From Alphaproteobacteria bacterium (GTDB taxonomy: Bacteria; Pseudomonadota; Alphaproteobacteria; UBA828), in assembly GCA_965221125.1 (NCBI GenBank), contig CBDCRW010000005.1:96001-160000 (forward strand): a stretch of DNA of 64,000 nt, read 5' to 3'. Positions 1 through 9,530 of the stretch are shown piece after piece. The notes under the pieces are model-generated. The model did not search any database. It saw nothing but the letters and a program-made list of their open reading frames with translations, and was not told the origin of the DNA. Every line of letters starts with the position of its first letter. Within the stretch, counting starts at the first letter, position 1. The translations under genes and the position numbers were made by a program.

Positions 1-647
1 TGCTCGACCAGGTCCGAGATCAGCACCGTCTTGCCCGAGCCCGTGGTGCCGGAGACGATCGTGTGGTGCCTCTCGGCACCCTTCGGCCAGGGGATGCCGG
101 CGATCAGGTAGGGCTGGGCCTCCGCGGGGCGGTTCCGCAGCAACAGCCGACGACGCCATGGCAGGGAGCGGCGCCTCAGCTCCTTCGCGCTTGCCAACTC
201 GCCGCCCCGCAGGCGCTTGCCGCGCCCCAGTCTTCGCCCCAACAGGCGCAGCCCGAACAGGACGGCGACGGCGAGGACCGCACAGGCGCCGCCGCCGAGC
301 AGGGCGGAGTCGACGGCATCCCCCAGCAAGCGCTCGCGAAGATCGAGGATCTTCGGGTGTGTCGCGATGGTGTCGAGGGTCATGACCAGGACGGTTCCGT
401 CCACGTCGCGGATCTTCTTGGTCTTGTCGGGCTTGAAATCGGCCAAGAGCATGAACTCGCTCAGCGCGTAGACGCCGAAGACGTGCCAGTCGTGGTTGGT
501 GTAGTCGCTGGTGGTCTTCCAGATCGCGGCGCCCAGGCCCGCAAGGATGACGCCGATGCCGATCCACCAGCCGAACCTGAACCACGTGCGGAAACCCCTG
601 GTAGCAACCCGGAGCCCGCGCCCGGTGTCGCCGCCCACCCCGGTCAT
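1..647 (-). CDS. Type IV secretion coupling protein (TraD/TrwB-like), N-terminal part; continues beyond the window's left edge
   Basis: Translated by hand from the ATG at 647. Two TM segments are followed by 'YLIAGIPWPKGAERHHTIVSGTTGSGKTVLISDLVE' (Walker A in a TrwB/TraD context). ATGA overlap with the upstream ORF. Confidence 0.85.
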   Translation of the reverse strand, partial: MTGVGGDTGRGLRVATRGFRTWFRFGWWIGIGVILAGLGAAIWKTTSDYTNHDWHVFGVYALSEFMLLADFKPDKTKKIRDVDGTVLVMTLDTIATHPKILDLRERLLGDAVDSALLGGGACAVLAVAVLFGLRLLGRRLGRGKRLRGGELASAKELRRRSLPWRRRLLLRNRPAEAQPYLIAGIPWPKGAERHHTIVSGTTGSGKTVLISDLVE

Positions 648-1321
648 TGCGAAGTCTCCCCCTCTGCGGCAGCTGCCGGGGCACCGGCAGCGCCGCTCCT
701 GTCATGGACGTTGCCGCCAGTAGAGGAACCGGCCAGTTCCCTGAAGCGGGCGAGCCAGCGCTCTGCCGCGGCATCGGGCGCGAGCGGGCGGATGGTGCGG
801 CGCAGCGGCGGGAAGGGCGTCCTGGCGCCGCCCACACCGAGATCGCGTCTTTCCGCAGCGTCGGTCATTCTGGCGACGAAGTGGAGCACCTCGCTCCAGT
901 CTTCCGGCGGCTCCGGGTCGAGGCCTGCGGCCCCGCGCACCGCCCTGTCGACAGCGGCGCCCAGCGCCTTGGCGCGTGCCGCCGTCCTGACCGATGCGGG
1001 GAGACCCGCCTCTTCGTCGCCGAGCCAGGCGGCACGCGCAGGCTTGAGAAGTGCGTGGAGCGCCAGGCAGCGGCAGTCTTCGCCGGCGATGCCCTCCAGC
1101 GCCTCGATTTCCCCGGACATGGTGAGCCCGTGCTGGGCGAGCGAGAGGAAGCGCTGCGTGCGTCCGCCCCAGCGGCAGGTGTTGGCCAGCACATGGGCGA
1201 TCGCCTCGACGTCCACGTCGATGTCCGCGCCCCGCTCCGGATCGCCGGGCCAGCGAGGCGGCGGCGACTGGTTCGATCGCGAGTGCCGGCGGCGCTTGAC
1301 GGGGGATACTTGGTCGGTCAT
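644..1321 (-). CDS. HD-domain (phage YfbR-like nucleotidase) homolog with degenerate metal-binding motif
   Basis: 'IAHVLANTCRWGGRTQRFLSLAQHGL...ALLKPARAAWLGD...ERRDL' follows the family pattern IAHxLxxxCRFxGH...SVAQH...LLHDAxEAYxGD, but HD is replaced by KP. Confidence 0.7.
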   Translation of the reverse strand: MTDQVSPVKRRRHSRSNQSPPPRWPGDPERGADIDVDVEAIAHVLANTCRWGGRTQRFLSLAQHGLTMSGEIEALEGIAGEDCRCLALHALLKPARAAWLGDEEAGLPASVRTAARAKALGAAVDRAVRGAAGLDPEPPEDWSEVLHFVARMTDAAERRDLGVGGARTPFPPLRRTIRPLAPDAAAERWLARFRELAGSSTGGNVHDRSGAAGAPAAAAEGETSQ

Positions 1322-1569
1322 CGTCTCGATCCTCGTGAAGTTCCTTGGGTTGTGCCGTTGTTCATCGAGGACAGGAGGGCGCTGGCGGAAGCCGGTGGTG
1401 GAGGCCAGCACCCCGGGATCGGCCCCCGATATCGTTTCGGCGGGAATGATTGAATTCGGGAAAGCCGGCACGGAGGCGCGAACCGCCGTGCCGGCAACCC
1501 GTCAGACGCCCGGTGCCGATCCGGCCGATGCTGCCGGCGGCCGGGCCCGCGAGAACAGCTCCGGCACCG

Positions 1570-1884
1570 TCATCGCCGCCCCCGGTCTGGCGCCTGGCCG
1601 GCCTCGCACCGGAGCTCCGCCCACAAACCCTTGAAGACCTTGAATGTCAGCGCCGCCAATGCGAGCAACAGCGACACGCAGAGCGTGAGCATCAGCACGA
1701 CGATGAGGGTTTCGATCTCGCAGGTGCTCCAGGAGGAAAACTCCGCCGCGGTTCCCGACAGGGTCTCTCTATATTCCGTCGGCAGAGGCGGGGACGTCTC
1801 CGCATATGCCGGGGCGGCCTGCGGGATGACCGGCGCAGGCTCCCCGGTCTGCTTGCCCAGCGGCAGACCGGCGCCGACCGTCAT
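1570..1884 (-). CDS. Small single-TM hypothetical protein
   Basis: 104-aa ORF with one hydrophobic helix. ATGA overlap with the excisionase-like gene. Confidence 0.5.
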   Translation of the reverse strand: MTVGAGLPLGKQTGEPAPVIPQAAPAYAETSPPLPTEYRETLSGTAAEFSSWSTCEIETLIVVLMLTLCVSLLLALAALTFKVFKGLWAELRCEAGQAPDRGRR

Positions 1885-2171
1885 CGCCGTACCCTCCCGG
1901 AGCCGTCGGCGCCGTCATCGTCGTCGTCCTCGTCATTCTCCTCGTCCCCGTCGTTCGGGATCGGACCCTGCAGCCCGTCGTCGGAGGTCGAATGCCTGCG
2001 CCGCTTCGACGCCCACTTGATGACGTCGGACAGCAGATAGCGCACGACGCCTTCGAGGTCATAGTAAGGCGGACCCCCACCGCGGGAGCGGTAGCTCTCC
2101 AGCGTACGCGGGCTCAGGCCCAGGTACTCCGCCACCCTCTTGGTGGATATGAACTGAGCGTTCTCGTCCAT
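1881..2171 (-). CDS. Excisionase/AlpA-like helix-turn-helix protein with acidic tail
   Basis: 'FISTKRVAEYLGLSPRTLESYRSRGGGPPYYDLEGVVRYLLSDV' is an HTH_17-type pattern. Confidence 0.8.
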   Translation of the reverse strand: MDENAQFISTKRVAEYLGLSPRTLESYRSRGGGPPYYDLEGVVRYLLSDVIKWASKRRRHSTSDDGLQGPIPNDGDEENDEDDDDDGADGSGRVRR

Positions 2172-2520
2172 TTCTTTCTCCCATGTGTCCTGCCGCATCG
2201 ACCGCAACAGGCGTGACGCCGTCCCCGACCGAGGCCCGCACCTGGCTCCACCGCACTCGCGGTGTTCGCCATCAAGGCACTCATCTCTTGGTCGGTGCCG
2301 GGCGTCGGGACCCGTCCCCGCCCCGGCCTGAGCACGAAGCCGGGACCGCTCATTGCCCTCTCGCCGAGCCTTTGCGGCTCGATGCTGTGCACCTCGGTGC
2401 TGTCGAACGGCGCGTGACGGCTGCCTGGGGCAATGCGGTCGATGTGGAGTGATGTGCTCATGGGGAGAACATATAGGGATCAAACTCCTCCTGACAACTG
2501 GAGAGAACCCTCCAAGCAAC

Positions 2521-2596
2521 TGTAGCGAAACGGTTATTCGCTACATATAGACGACATAAGACGACATAGGCGGACAGGAGTACGCTGGAGTACGAT
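2521..2596. promoter_or_regulatory. Operator-like palindrome plus two pairs of 10-bp tandem repeats upstream of the xis-traD operon
   Basis: TGTAGCGAA-N7-TTCGCTACA (2521-2545), AGACGACATA x2 (2549-2568) and GGAGTACG(C/A)T x2 (2577-2596). Confidence 0.5.
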
Positions 2597-2969
2597 CCTG
2601 TAGGCGATCAAATTTTCGTGATGCCGGCACGGTCCTACCGGGCGCGAGACTTCGCCGTCATCGGCCGCAAGTGCCACAGGGTCGGCGGTTGGCGGGAATT
2701 CGGAAAGCGGAGGGTGCCTGCCACCGGAGACATCGCGATGCTCGCGGAACTCCTCGATGGTTATGCCAGAGAACCACCCCGAACCTCGAACCATCGCTGT
2801 GTCGGCGTGACCCCGGCGAGGCGGCCGCTTTCCGATGAGCCGGTCTCGGCCAACCCGCGGTCGACATTTTCGAGATGGAAGCCAACACCGCTACCGGCTC
2901 GCACCAAGCGCCCGAAAGGGGAGAACGTCACATTTTGGGCAGCTCAATGTGGCACATGAAAGGGAGCTT

Positions 2970-3155
2970 CGGCATCACCGTCGAGCGGCGTCGAGAGTGA
3001 GCGCGAGCTGATGCTGCCGCAGGCGCTCACCAAGCGGCTGGTGAACCCTGCACCGCCCAACGACGTCACGGAGGGGTATGCGGCCAATTGGACGATGGAG
3101 CAGTCGCACGGACCGGCCCAGCGTATAGCCGATCGCATCGAGGCGCTGAGAGAGA
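2970..3155 (+). pseudogene. C-terminal remnant of a tyrosine integrase
   Basis: 'ERELMLPQALTKRLVNPAPPNDVTEGYAANWTMEQSHGPAQRIADRIEAL' resembles an integrase box II end (LVNH...DVTxGY). The His is replaced by Pro and there is no intact upstream frame. Confidence 0.6.
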
Positions 3156-3211
3156 GTTGGGATTCCATTGGGAACCGGGCGGATGAAGACGCCCGGGCCC
3201 AGCATTTGCGG

Positions 3212-4165
3212 TCATACAGCCAACGGTCGGGTGATCTTCCTCAAGGTATCGGCGAAGGTCTGGCTGACCAGCGTCAGAGCCACGCCTCGGCGGGTGACCA
3301 ACTCTATCTTCGTGTTGAGACGGTAGGTTTCGGGCAGGAGGCTGCGCATTTGCCCGCTTTCCACCCACCGCTCGGCGTAGGAGACGGGCAGATAGCCGAT
3401 GTGCCATCCGGACAGGATGAGGAAAGCCACGCCCTCGATCTGGCGGGCCGCCGCGGTCGATGGCAGATCTCCGGTGAGTGGTGCGACCTGCCGCTCGGAC
3501 AGATAGGCGCGGTGGACAAGATCGGCCGCCTGCAAGTCATCGCTGTCGATCCCTTCCGGAGCCCGGTCGAAGAGTGCGTGATCCTTGCCGCAGTAGAGCT
3601 CCACCGGATCGTCGTAGAGGGCCTCGTAGGCCAGGCCCGGGCGGTGCTGGTGGAACACGCCGATCCCCAGGTTGACCCTGTTCTCCAGCACGGCGCGTTC
3701 GATCTCGTCCGGCGCCAGCGTGTGGAAGTGAACATGGACCTGCCGGGCCTTCGACCTGAAAGCGCGGAGCACGTCGGCCAGCGGATAGCCACTATCGGTG
3801 GCCCAGTTGTCGATCACGGCGATCGAGAGCTCGCCGATCAGCTCGCCGCGAAGCGCGCCCACTGTGGCACGGAAACTCTCCAGCGCGGTTGCGAGGTGCT
3901 GGCAGGCCTCGTACACGATCCGCCCCTTGTCCGTCAGGCGGAAGCCGGCGCGTCCTCGTTGACAGAGGCGCATACCGAGGCGCCTTTCGAGATCGCCGAT
4001 CTGGCGGCTGATGGTCGACTGGCCGACGTTCAGGGCAACCTGCGCCGGGGCGAACCCGCCGCACTCCGCGACCGTCATGAAGACCGCGAGCATGTGTAGA
4101 TCGGCCTTGTGAAGACGCGGGGTGGCGGCCGCGTCCGGTGGCCTGTCGTTTGCCCTTTCCTGCAT
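3212..4165 (-). CDS. LysR-family transcriptional regulator
   Basis: N-terminal HTH 'FMTVAECGGFAPAQVALNVGQSTISRQIGDLERRLGMRLC'. Divergent from the ABC binding-protein gene. Confidence 0.95.
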   Translation of the reverse strand: MQERANDRPPDAAATPRLHKADLHMLAVFMTVAECGGFAPAQVALNVGQSTISRQIGDLERRLGMRLCQRGRAGFRLTDKGRIVYEACQHLATALESFRATVGALRGELIGELSIAVIDNWATDSGYPLADVLRAFRSKARQVHVHFHTLAPDEIERAVLENRVNLGIGVFHQHRPGLAYEALYDDPVELYCGKDHALFDRAPEGIDSDDLQAADLVHRAYLSERQVAPLTGDLPSTAAARQIEGVAFLILSGWHIGYLPVSYAERWVESGQMRSLLPETYRLNTKIELVTRRGVALTLVSQTFADTLRKITRPLAV

Positions 4166-4329
4166 GCTAACATTTCATGAGTGATGTATTTGGCAACTGA
4201 GAGTAGCACTATGATCGCTCCATGGACGAGGGGTCAGGCACGCGAGGCGAGGAGGCAACTGCCACATCGATCCATTGTCGAGGCGCCCGCCGTGCATGGC
4301 TCCAGCATGATGAATCGCAGGAGAATACA

Positions 4330-5304
4330 ATGAAGACTTTCAAGTGGCGCCGCGGCTTGTGTGCGGCCGTGTTTCTCGTCGGCCTTTCGCCCGTCATCGG
4401 CGTCGCGCCTGCCCAGTCGGCAGATATCGTCGTGGGCGTTCCCAATTGGCCGTCGGCAGCGGCTACCGCGAACATCCTAAAGGTGGTGCTGGAGGACAAT
4501 CTAGGCCTGGAAGTGGAACTTCAGAACGGCACCAACCCCGTCATCTTCGAGGCGATGGACACCGGCAGCATGCATGTGCATCCGGAGGTCTGGCTGCCCA
4601 ACCAGACCAATCTGCACGACAAGTACGTCAAATCGAAGGGTACGGTCAGAATGAGCCCCAACGGCGTGTCCTCGTTTCAGGGCATGTGCGTGACGAAGGC
4701 AAGTGCCGACCGTACCGGCATCACTGCGATCGCCGATCTTGCTGATCCCGACATGGCGAAGAACTTCGACTCGAACGGCGACGGCCTGGGTGAAGTGTGG
4801 GTCGGAGCATCGGGCTGGGCTTCGACGAATATCGAGAAGATCCGCGCCAAGAGCTACGGCTACGACGAGACCATGGAGCTGCTGGAAATGGACGAGGCGT
4901 TGGCAATGGCCGATGTCGACGCCGCGGTCGCAAAGGATGCCAACCACGTCTTCTATTGCTACACGCCCAACCACATGTTCGCGCTGTACGATCTGGTCAT
5001 CCTGGAGGAGCCTCCGTATGACGAGTCTAAGTGGGTGATCATCCAGCCGACCGACGACCCCGAATGGCTGGAAAAATCGAGCGCGCCGGTTGCGTGGGAT
5101 CTGGCCTGGCTGCACGTGCACTATGCGGCATCCCTGGAGGAGTCGCATCCGGAGGCCGCGGCCCTGCTGAGCAAGATCGCGCTGACCACCGACCAGGTGT
5201 CCCACATGACCTTCGGCCTCGTGGTCGAGAAGATGAGCCCCGCCGACTATGCCGTGCAGTGGGCGCAAGACAACGCCGATCTCGTCGACTCGTGGATGAA
5301 GTAA
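4330..5304 (+). CDS. Glycine betaine/proline-type ABC transporter substrate-binding protein (ProX/OpuAC family)
   Basis: Signal peptide, 'IVVGVPNWPSA', 'HVHPEVWLPN', 'FYCYTPNHMF'. GGAG RBS before the ATG. Confidence 0.9.
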   Translation: MKTFKWRRGLCAAVFLVGLSPVIGVAPAQSADIVVGVPNWPSAAATANILKVVLEDNLGLEVELQNGTNPVIFEAMDTGSMHVHPEVWLPNQTNLHDKYVKSKGTVRMSPNGVSSFQGMCVTKASADRTGITAIADLADPDMAKNFDSNGDGLGEVWVGASGWASTNIEKIRAKSYGYDETMELLEMDEALAMADVDAAVAKDANHVFYCYTPNHMFALYDLVILEEPPYDESKWVIIQPTDDPEWLEKSSAPVAWDLAWLHVHYAASLEESHPEAAALLSKIALTTDQVSHMTFGLVVEKMSPADYAVQWAQDNADLVDSWMK

Positions 5305-5426
5305 AGCGGTTGGTCGTCTTAGCGACGCCGGTGCGCATGAAATCCGGTCGTTGCTGGACGGCTCATGCGGAAGGGAACGACCTTAGCGGCCCCACTCTGA
5401 ACCGGTGCCTGAGTGAGGCTGCGTGA

Positions 5427-5462
5427 GATGGGCGATGCGACGGCATCGCCCATCTTTCTTTC
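5427..5462 (+). terminator. Probable intrinsic terminator
   Basis: GATGGGCGATGC-loop-GCATCGCCCATC hairpin followed by TTTCTTT, between convergent genes. Confidence 0.55.
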
Positions 5463-5598
5463 TCCGACGGACACGCCCTCGCCATTGCCGCGCGAGCCAG
5501 CAACGGCGGTGATTGGCTCAACTTTCCTTGTCTCTCGGTACACGTACCACTTGCACGCGCTGCATGCGCACCTTTCCCGCGCCTGTTTCCCGGTTGAG

Positions 5599-6483
5599 CT
5601 AAACGTCTTCGCGGTAGAGCGCCTGACACAGGCAATGGACGCCGCCGCCGCCGAGTGTGAACATCGACATGTCCGGATCGAAGACTTCGAAGCCCATGGC
5701 GCGCATGCGCGCGTTCAGGTCCGTCGCCCCGCTCATGGAAAGCACACGGTCGTTGCCGAGCGCCACGAGGTTCACGCCGAGGTTTCTGGCTTCCGCGTAA
5801 CCGACCTCGACGAACTCGAAGCCGCGCTCGCGGAGCAGAGCCACCAGCCAGTCCTCCATGGCATCGACACACGCCACGAGCAGCTTGGGCGCCAGCGGCA
5901 CCACCAAGCCGTCCATGTGCACGAACTCCCGCGAGATGGGTGCAACCACGGCTTCCCACCCCTGCTCCCGCACCCAAGCCGCGACCTGTTCGGAACCTTC
6001 GCGTTCGGAACGCTCGCCGCTAAAGCCGATCAGCACGAAGCCCGGCTCAACGATGTTGAAGTCGCCGCCCTCGAAGTGACCGGCGGTGGCGTAGCGCCAG
6101 ATCGGAATGTCGTTGCTCTGGTAGAAGCGGATGGCGGTCACATAGTCAGCGCGCCGGCTCTTGAGCTGCATATGGCAGATAAGCGCGCCCCAGGGAGTCA
6201 TTGCGCTCGAATCGCGGGCGAAGAAGTTGCGGTGCAGGACCTCGTCGGCATCCAGATAGTGGCAGGTCACACCATTGGCCTCGTAGATCGCTACCATCTC
6301 GGCGTGCTGCGACATGGCCCTCTGAAGGTTGAATTCGACTCCTGTGTGTATCTGGTTGTTGAGCGTCCGCATGGTGATCGGACCGGCGTCGATCCAGCGG
6401 TAGAATTCAGGGATACCCAGGAGAACGTCCTTGAGTGGACCGTAGTCGTTGTGAATGCCCCAGCGGCGCGGATTGGCAGTCAT
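5599..6483 (-). CDS. Amidinotransferase/dimethylargininase (pentein) family guanidino-modifying enzyme
   Basis: 'FFARDS', 'HFEGGD', 'VHMDG' and the C-terminal catalytic-Cys motif 'GGGGVHCLCQ'. Confidence 0.9.
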   Translation of the reverse strand: MTANPRRWGIHNDYGPLKDVLLGIPEFYRWIDAGPITMRTLNNQIHTGVEFNLQRAMSQHAEMVAIYEANGVTCHYLDADEVLHRNFFARDSSAMTPWGALICHMQLKSRRADYVTAIRFYQSNDIPIWRYATAGHFEGGDFNIVEPGFVLIGFSGERSEREGSEQVAAWVREQGWEAVVAPISREFVHMDGLVVPLAPKLLVACVDAMEDWLVALLRERGFEFVEVGYAEARNLGVNLVALGNDRVLSMSGATDLNARMRAMGFEVFDPDMSMFTLGGGGVHCLCQALYREDV

Positions 6484-6744
6484 GAGCCATTCTCTCCGAC
6501 TTGATTGACCGGCACGAGTACATCATGAATTGGGCAATGGAATCAAGCTGCAACCGCCGATGAGCTTGGATGCCGTCACGCCTATCAGGAACATGACGCC
6601 GTCTTGCGGTGCGTGGGTCCATATGTCGTTCCACCCGATTGAGCGTGGAAAATCCCGAGCGTGCCGCCAGTCAATTGACCGTCTGACTGCGGGCCGTCAC
6701 GGGGTCGCTGCGAGCGAGCAACAGCCTCGTTGCAGGCACACCGA

Positions 6745-7791
6745 ATGAGTGAACCGGTCATCAGGCTGCAGGGCGTGTGGAAGATCTTCGGCGCTCGGGT
6801 CGAAGACGCAATGCAGGCCATCACGCAGGAGGGCCTCAGCAAGACGCAGGCGCTCGAGCGGTTCGGGTGCGTCGTCGGAATCGCGAATTGCTCGTTCGAG
6901 GTTCCGCGCGGGGAGATTTTCTGCGTCATGGGACTGTCCGGCTCAGGAAAGTCGACCATGGTGCGTCATATCAATCGGCTGATCGAGCCGACTGCAGGCC
7001 GTATCGAGGTCTTGGGACGGGATGTGCTGGCGCTCGGCGAGGGAGAGTTGAGGAAGCTGCGCGCTGCCCAGATCGGCATGGTGTTCCAGCACATGGCGCT
7101 GTTCCCGCACCGCACGGTCCGGGACAACGTCGCGTTTCCGCTGCAGGTGCAGGGTCTGCCGAAGGCGAAACGCTGGGAGGTCTCCCAGCGTTGCCTCAGC
7201 CTCGTCAATCTCGACGGATACGAGGACCGCTTCCCGAGCGAGCTGTCGGGGGGCATGCAGCAGCGTGTCGGGCTCGCGCGGGCGCTCGCGTCGGACCCCG
7301 AGATCCTGCTGATGGACGAGCCGTTCTCCGCGCTGGACCCCCTGATCAGGCGTCGGCTTCAGGAGCAGTTCATGTCGTTGTCGGCCGAGTTGAACAAGAC
7401 CACGGTCTTCATCACGCACGATCTGGACGAAGCGATCCGCATCGGCAGCCGTATCGCCATCATGAACGACGGCCGAATCGTGCAGATCGGCACGCCGGAA
7501 GACATCGTCACCAACCCGATCGACGACTACGTGCGGGATTTCGTTGAAGGCATCTCCACGCTGAAGCTGGTGTTCGCCCATACCATCATGGTGCGAATCG
7601 CAGAGTACAGACCACGTCCCGGCGAAGACCTGGAGCGTGCGCCGAGGGCCGCCCACGACGTCGATTTGAGCGAACTCATCGACGCATCCATCGCAACGGA
7701 TCAGCCCATCGTGATCACGCACGATGGCATGGACGTAGGCGTCATCGACAAGACCACACTGCTTAACGGAATCAAGGGCGGAAACGACTGA
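6745..7791 (+). CDS. Betaine/proline ABC transporter ATP-binding protein (ProV-like)
   Basis: GLSGSGKS, LSGGMQQRVGLARAL, ILLMDEPFSALDPLIR. Confidence 0.95.
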   Translation: MSEPVIRLQGVWKIFGARVEDAMQAITQEGLSKTQALERFGCVVGIANCSFEVPRGEIFCVMGLSGSGKSTMVRHINRLIEPTAGRIEVLGRDVLALGEGELRKLRAAQIGMVFQHMALFPHRTVRDNVAFPLQVQGLPKAKRWEVSQRCLSLVNLDGYEDRFPSELSGGMQQRVGLARALASDPEILLMDEPFSALDPLIRRRLQEQFMSLSAELNKTTVFITHDLDEAIRIGSRIAIMNDGRIVQIGTPEDIVTNPIDDYVRDFVEGISTLKLVFAHTIMVRIAEYRPRPGEDLERAPRAAHDVDLSELIDASIATDQPIVITHDGMDVGVIDKTTLLNGIKGGND

Positions 7792-9347
7792 TGCGAGAGA
7801 CCGAGTATTCCGAAGAGTCAGTCAAGCTTTCCGGCTCCATCGGCAGTTTCGTTCGTTCCCGGCAGGGATATTACGGCCGGGAGTTTGAGAAGATTCAGGT
7901 AGCGGAACAATTTCCGTGGTCGTGGAACACCATGGCCGCTCTCGCAGGTCCCTTGTGGGGTGCATCCCGCGGTCTGTGGGGGTACTTCTGGATGTTCCTG
8001 ATCCTCGAAGTACTCGCGCTTGTTCAGATCGGCAGGGGTTGGTGGGGCGACCTTGGAGCCGACAAGCTCGCCCGGCTGGAGAGACTCACCCGCAAGTCGG
8101 ACGAGTTCATGGCGAAGTACGATGCGGCCCTGCTCGCCGGTGATCCCGACGCGGAATCGTACCTCAATCGCGCGGAGAACCTCGATAAGATCGCGGTCCA
8201 GGTCGCAGAAGAAGCAGCGCTCGCGGCCGAGGGGGCCACGACGATTCTTCTCGTCGGCATCGCTCTGTTGATCGGCTTGCGCCTGATCCAGGGCTTCTAC
8301 GCCAACCTGCGCTACGAGAAACAGTATCTGAGCTGGAGAGCGAATCCCTCCAGGACAGCCGCCGGCGTGAGCTGGGTACGGGCCGGTCTCGGCAGCCTGC
8401 TGTGGCTGGCGATCGTGCCGCTCACCCTCTACCGCTTCACCGTCGGCAAGATCGACCCCGAGCTCGAACCCTACGTTGCCGGCGTTCCCATCGAGAAAGG
8501 GACCTATTACGCGCCCATGTCCGATTGGCTGGACGCAGGCTTCGACTGGCTGTCGGTCGAAGGGGCCGGCGTCTTCGACGGCGTCGTCGCGGCGATCAGC
8601 GCAGTCGTGGGCGCGCTGGAAACGGTGCTGGTCGACGCGCCGTGGCCGGTGGTCATGACGGTCATCGTCGTTGTCGCATGGCGGCTGGCCGGTCCTCGGG
8701 TCGCGGTGTTTACCGCCGCCGCGCTCGCCTACCTGGCGCTGTTCGGCCTGTGGGAGACGAGCATGGTGACAGTCGCCTTGCTCGGCGCCGCCGCATTCCT
8801 GTGCGTGCTGTTCGGGATACCGCTCGGGATCTGGTTCGGCAAGAACCAGAGGGCTTACAACGCAGCCCAGCCGGTGCTGGACTTCATGCAGACGATGCCG
8901 GCGTTCGTCTACCTGATCCCGATCATCGCCTTCTTCGGCACGGGCAAGCCGCCGGGGGTGCTGGCAACATTGGTGTTCGGGATGCCGCCCGTCATACGGC
9001 TGACGGCGCTTGGCATCCGCGGCGTACCGGAGAGCACCAAGGAGGCCGCTATCGCCTTCGGCTGCAATCGCTGGACGCTGCTGAAGGACGTGGAGATACC
9101 GCTCGCGCTGCCGTCCATCATGACCGGGATCAACCAGACCATCCTGATGTGTCTCTCGATGGTTGTGATCGCGTCGCTTATCGGTGCGAAGGGCCTGGGC
9201 CAGGACGTGCTTATCGCGCTCCAGTACGCGGCCAAGGGGCAGGGGATGCTCGCCGGTCTCGCGATCCTGTTCTGCGCGATGGTCATCGACCGCATCATCC
9301 AGGGGCACTACAAGCGCTCCGCCTCGCGCCAGGTGCCCCGGGGATAG
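7791..9347 (+). CDS. Betaine/proline ABC transporter permease (ProW-like) with N-terminal extension
   Basis: 'PVLDFMQTMPAFVYLIP', an EAA motif and 'GINQTILMCLSMVVIASLIGAKGLG'. Confidence 0.93.
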   Translation: MRETEYSEESVKLSGSIGSFVRSRQGYYGREFEKIQVAEQFPWSWNTMAALAGPLWGASRGLWGYFWMFLILEVLALVQIGRGWWGDLGADKLARLERLTRKSDEFMAKYDAALLAGDPDAESYLNRAENLDKIAVQVAEEAALAAEGATTILLVGIALLIGLRLIQGFYANLRYEKQYLSWRANPSRTAAGVSWVRAGLGSLLWLAIVPLTLYRFTVGKIDPELEPYVAGVPIEKGTYYAPMSDWLDAGFDWLSVEGAGVFDGVVAAISAVVGALETVLVDAPWPVVMTVIVVVAWRLAGPRVAVFTAAALAYLALFGLWETSMVTVALLGAAAFLCVLFGIPLGIWFGKNQRAYNAAQPVLDFMQTMPAFVYLIPIIAFFGTGKPPGVLATLVFGMPPVIRLTALGIRGVPESTKEAAIAFGCNRWTLLKDVEIPLALPSIMTGINQTILMCLSMVVIASLIGAKGLGQDVLIALQYAAKGQGMLAGLAILFCAMVIDRIIQGHYKRSASRQVPRG

Positions 9348-9530
9348 TGCGCCCCGTGCCTCCCGCAAACGCCGTCCCGGATGCGACGGGGGACCGAATA
9401 CGGGATTGTCAATTGGTGAGCACATCGCGAGGGTTCGGATGATCCACGGCAAGAGGCACGTGAGGTCGCCGGCGAACACATCTCCGCTTCGGCGCGGGAA
9501 CGGAACGAACGGGAACAGGAGCGTATCGCG

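Noticed and set aside
63-1634. 523-aa plus-strand ORF and other long shadow ORFs (e.g. 7818-9803, 27315-29036, 38009-40261, 39202-42378)
   Set aside because: They are antisense or alternate-frame shadows of recognisable genes in high-GC DNA, are Arg/Ala/Pro-rich or low-complexity, and carry no family motifs.
2114-2461. 115-aa ORF upstream of the excisionase
   Set aside because: It overlaps the xis start by ~58 bp and has no recognisable motif, so it cannot be supported.
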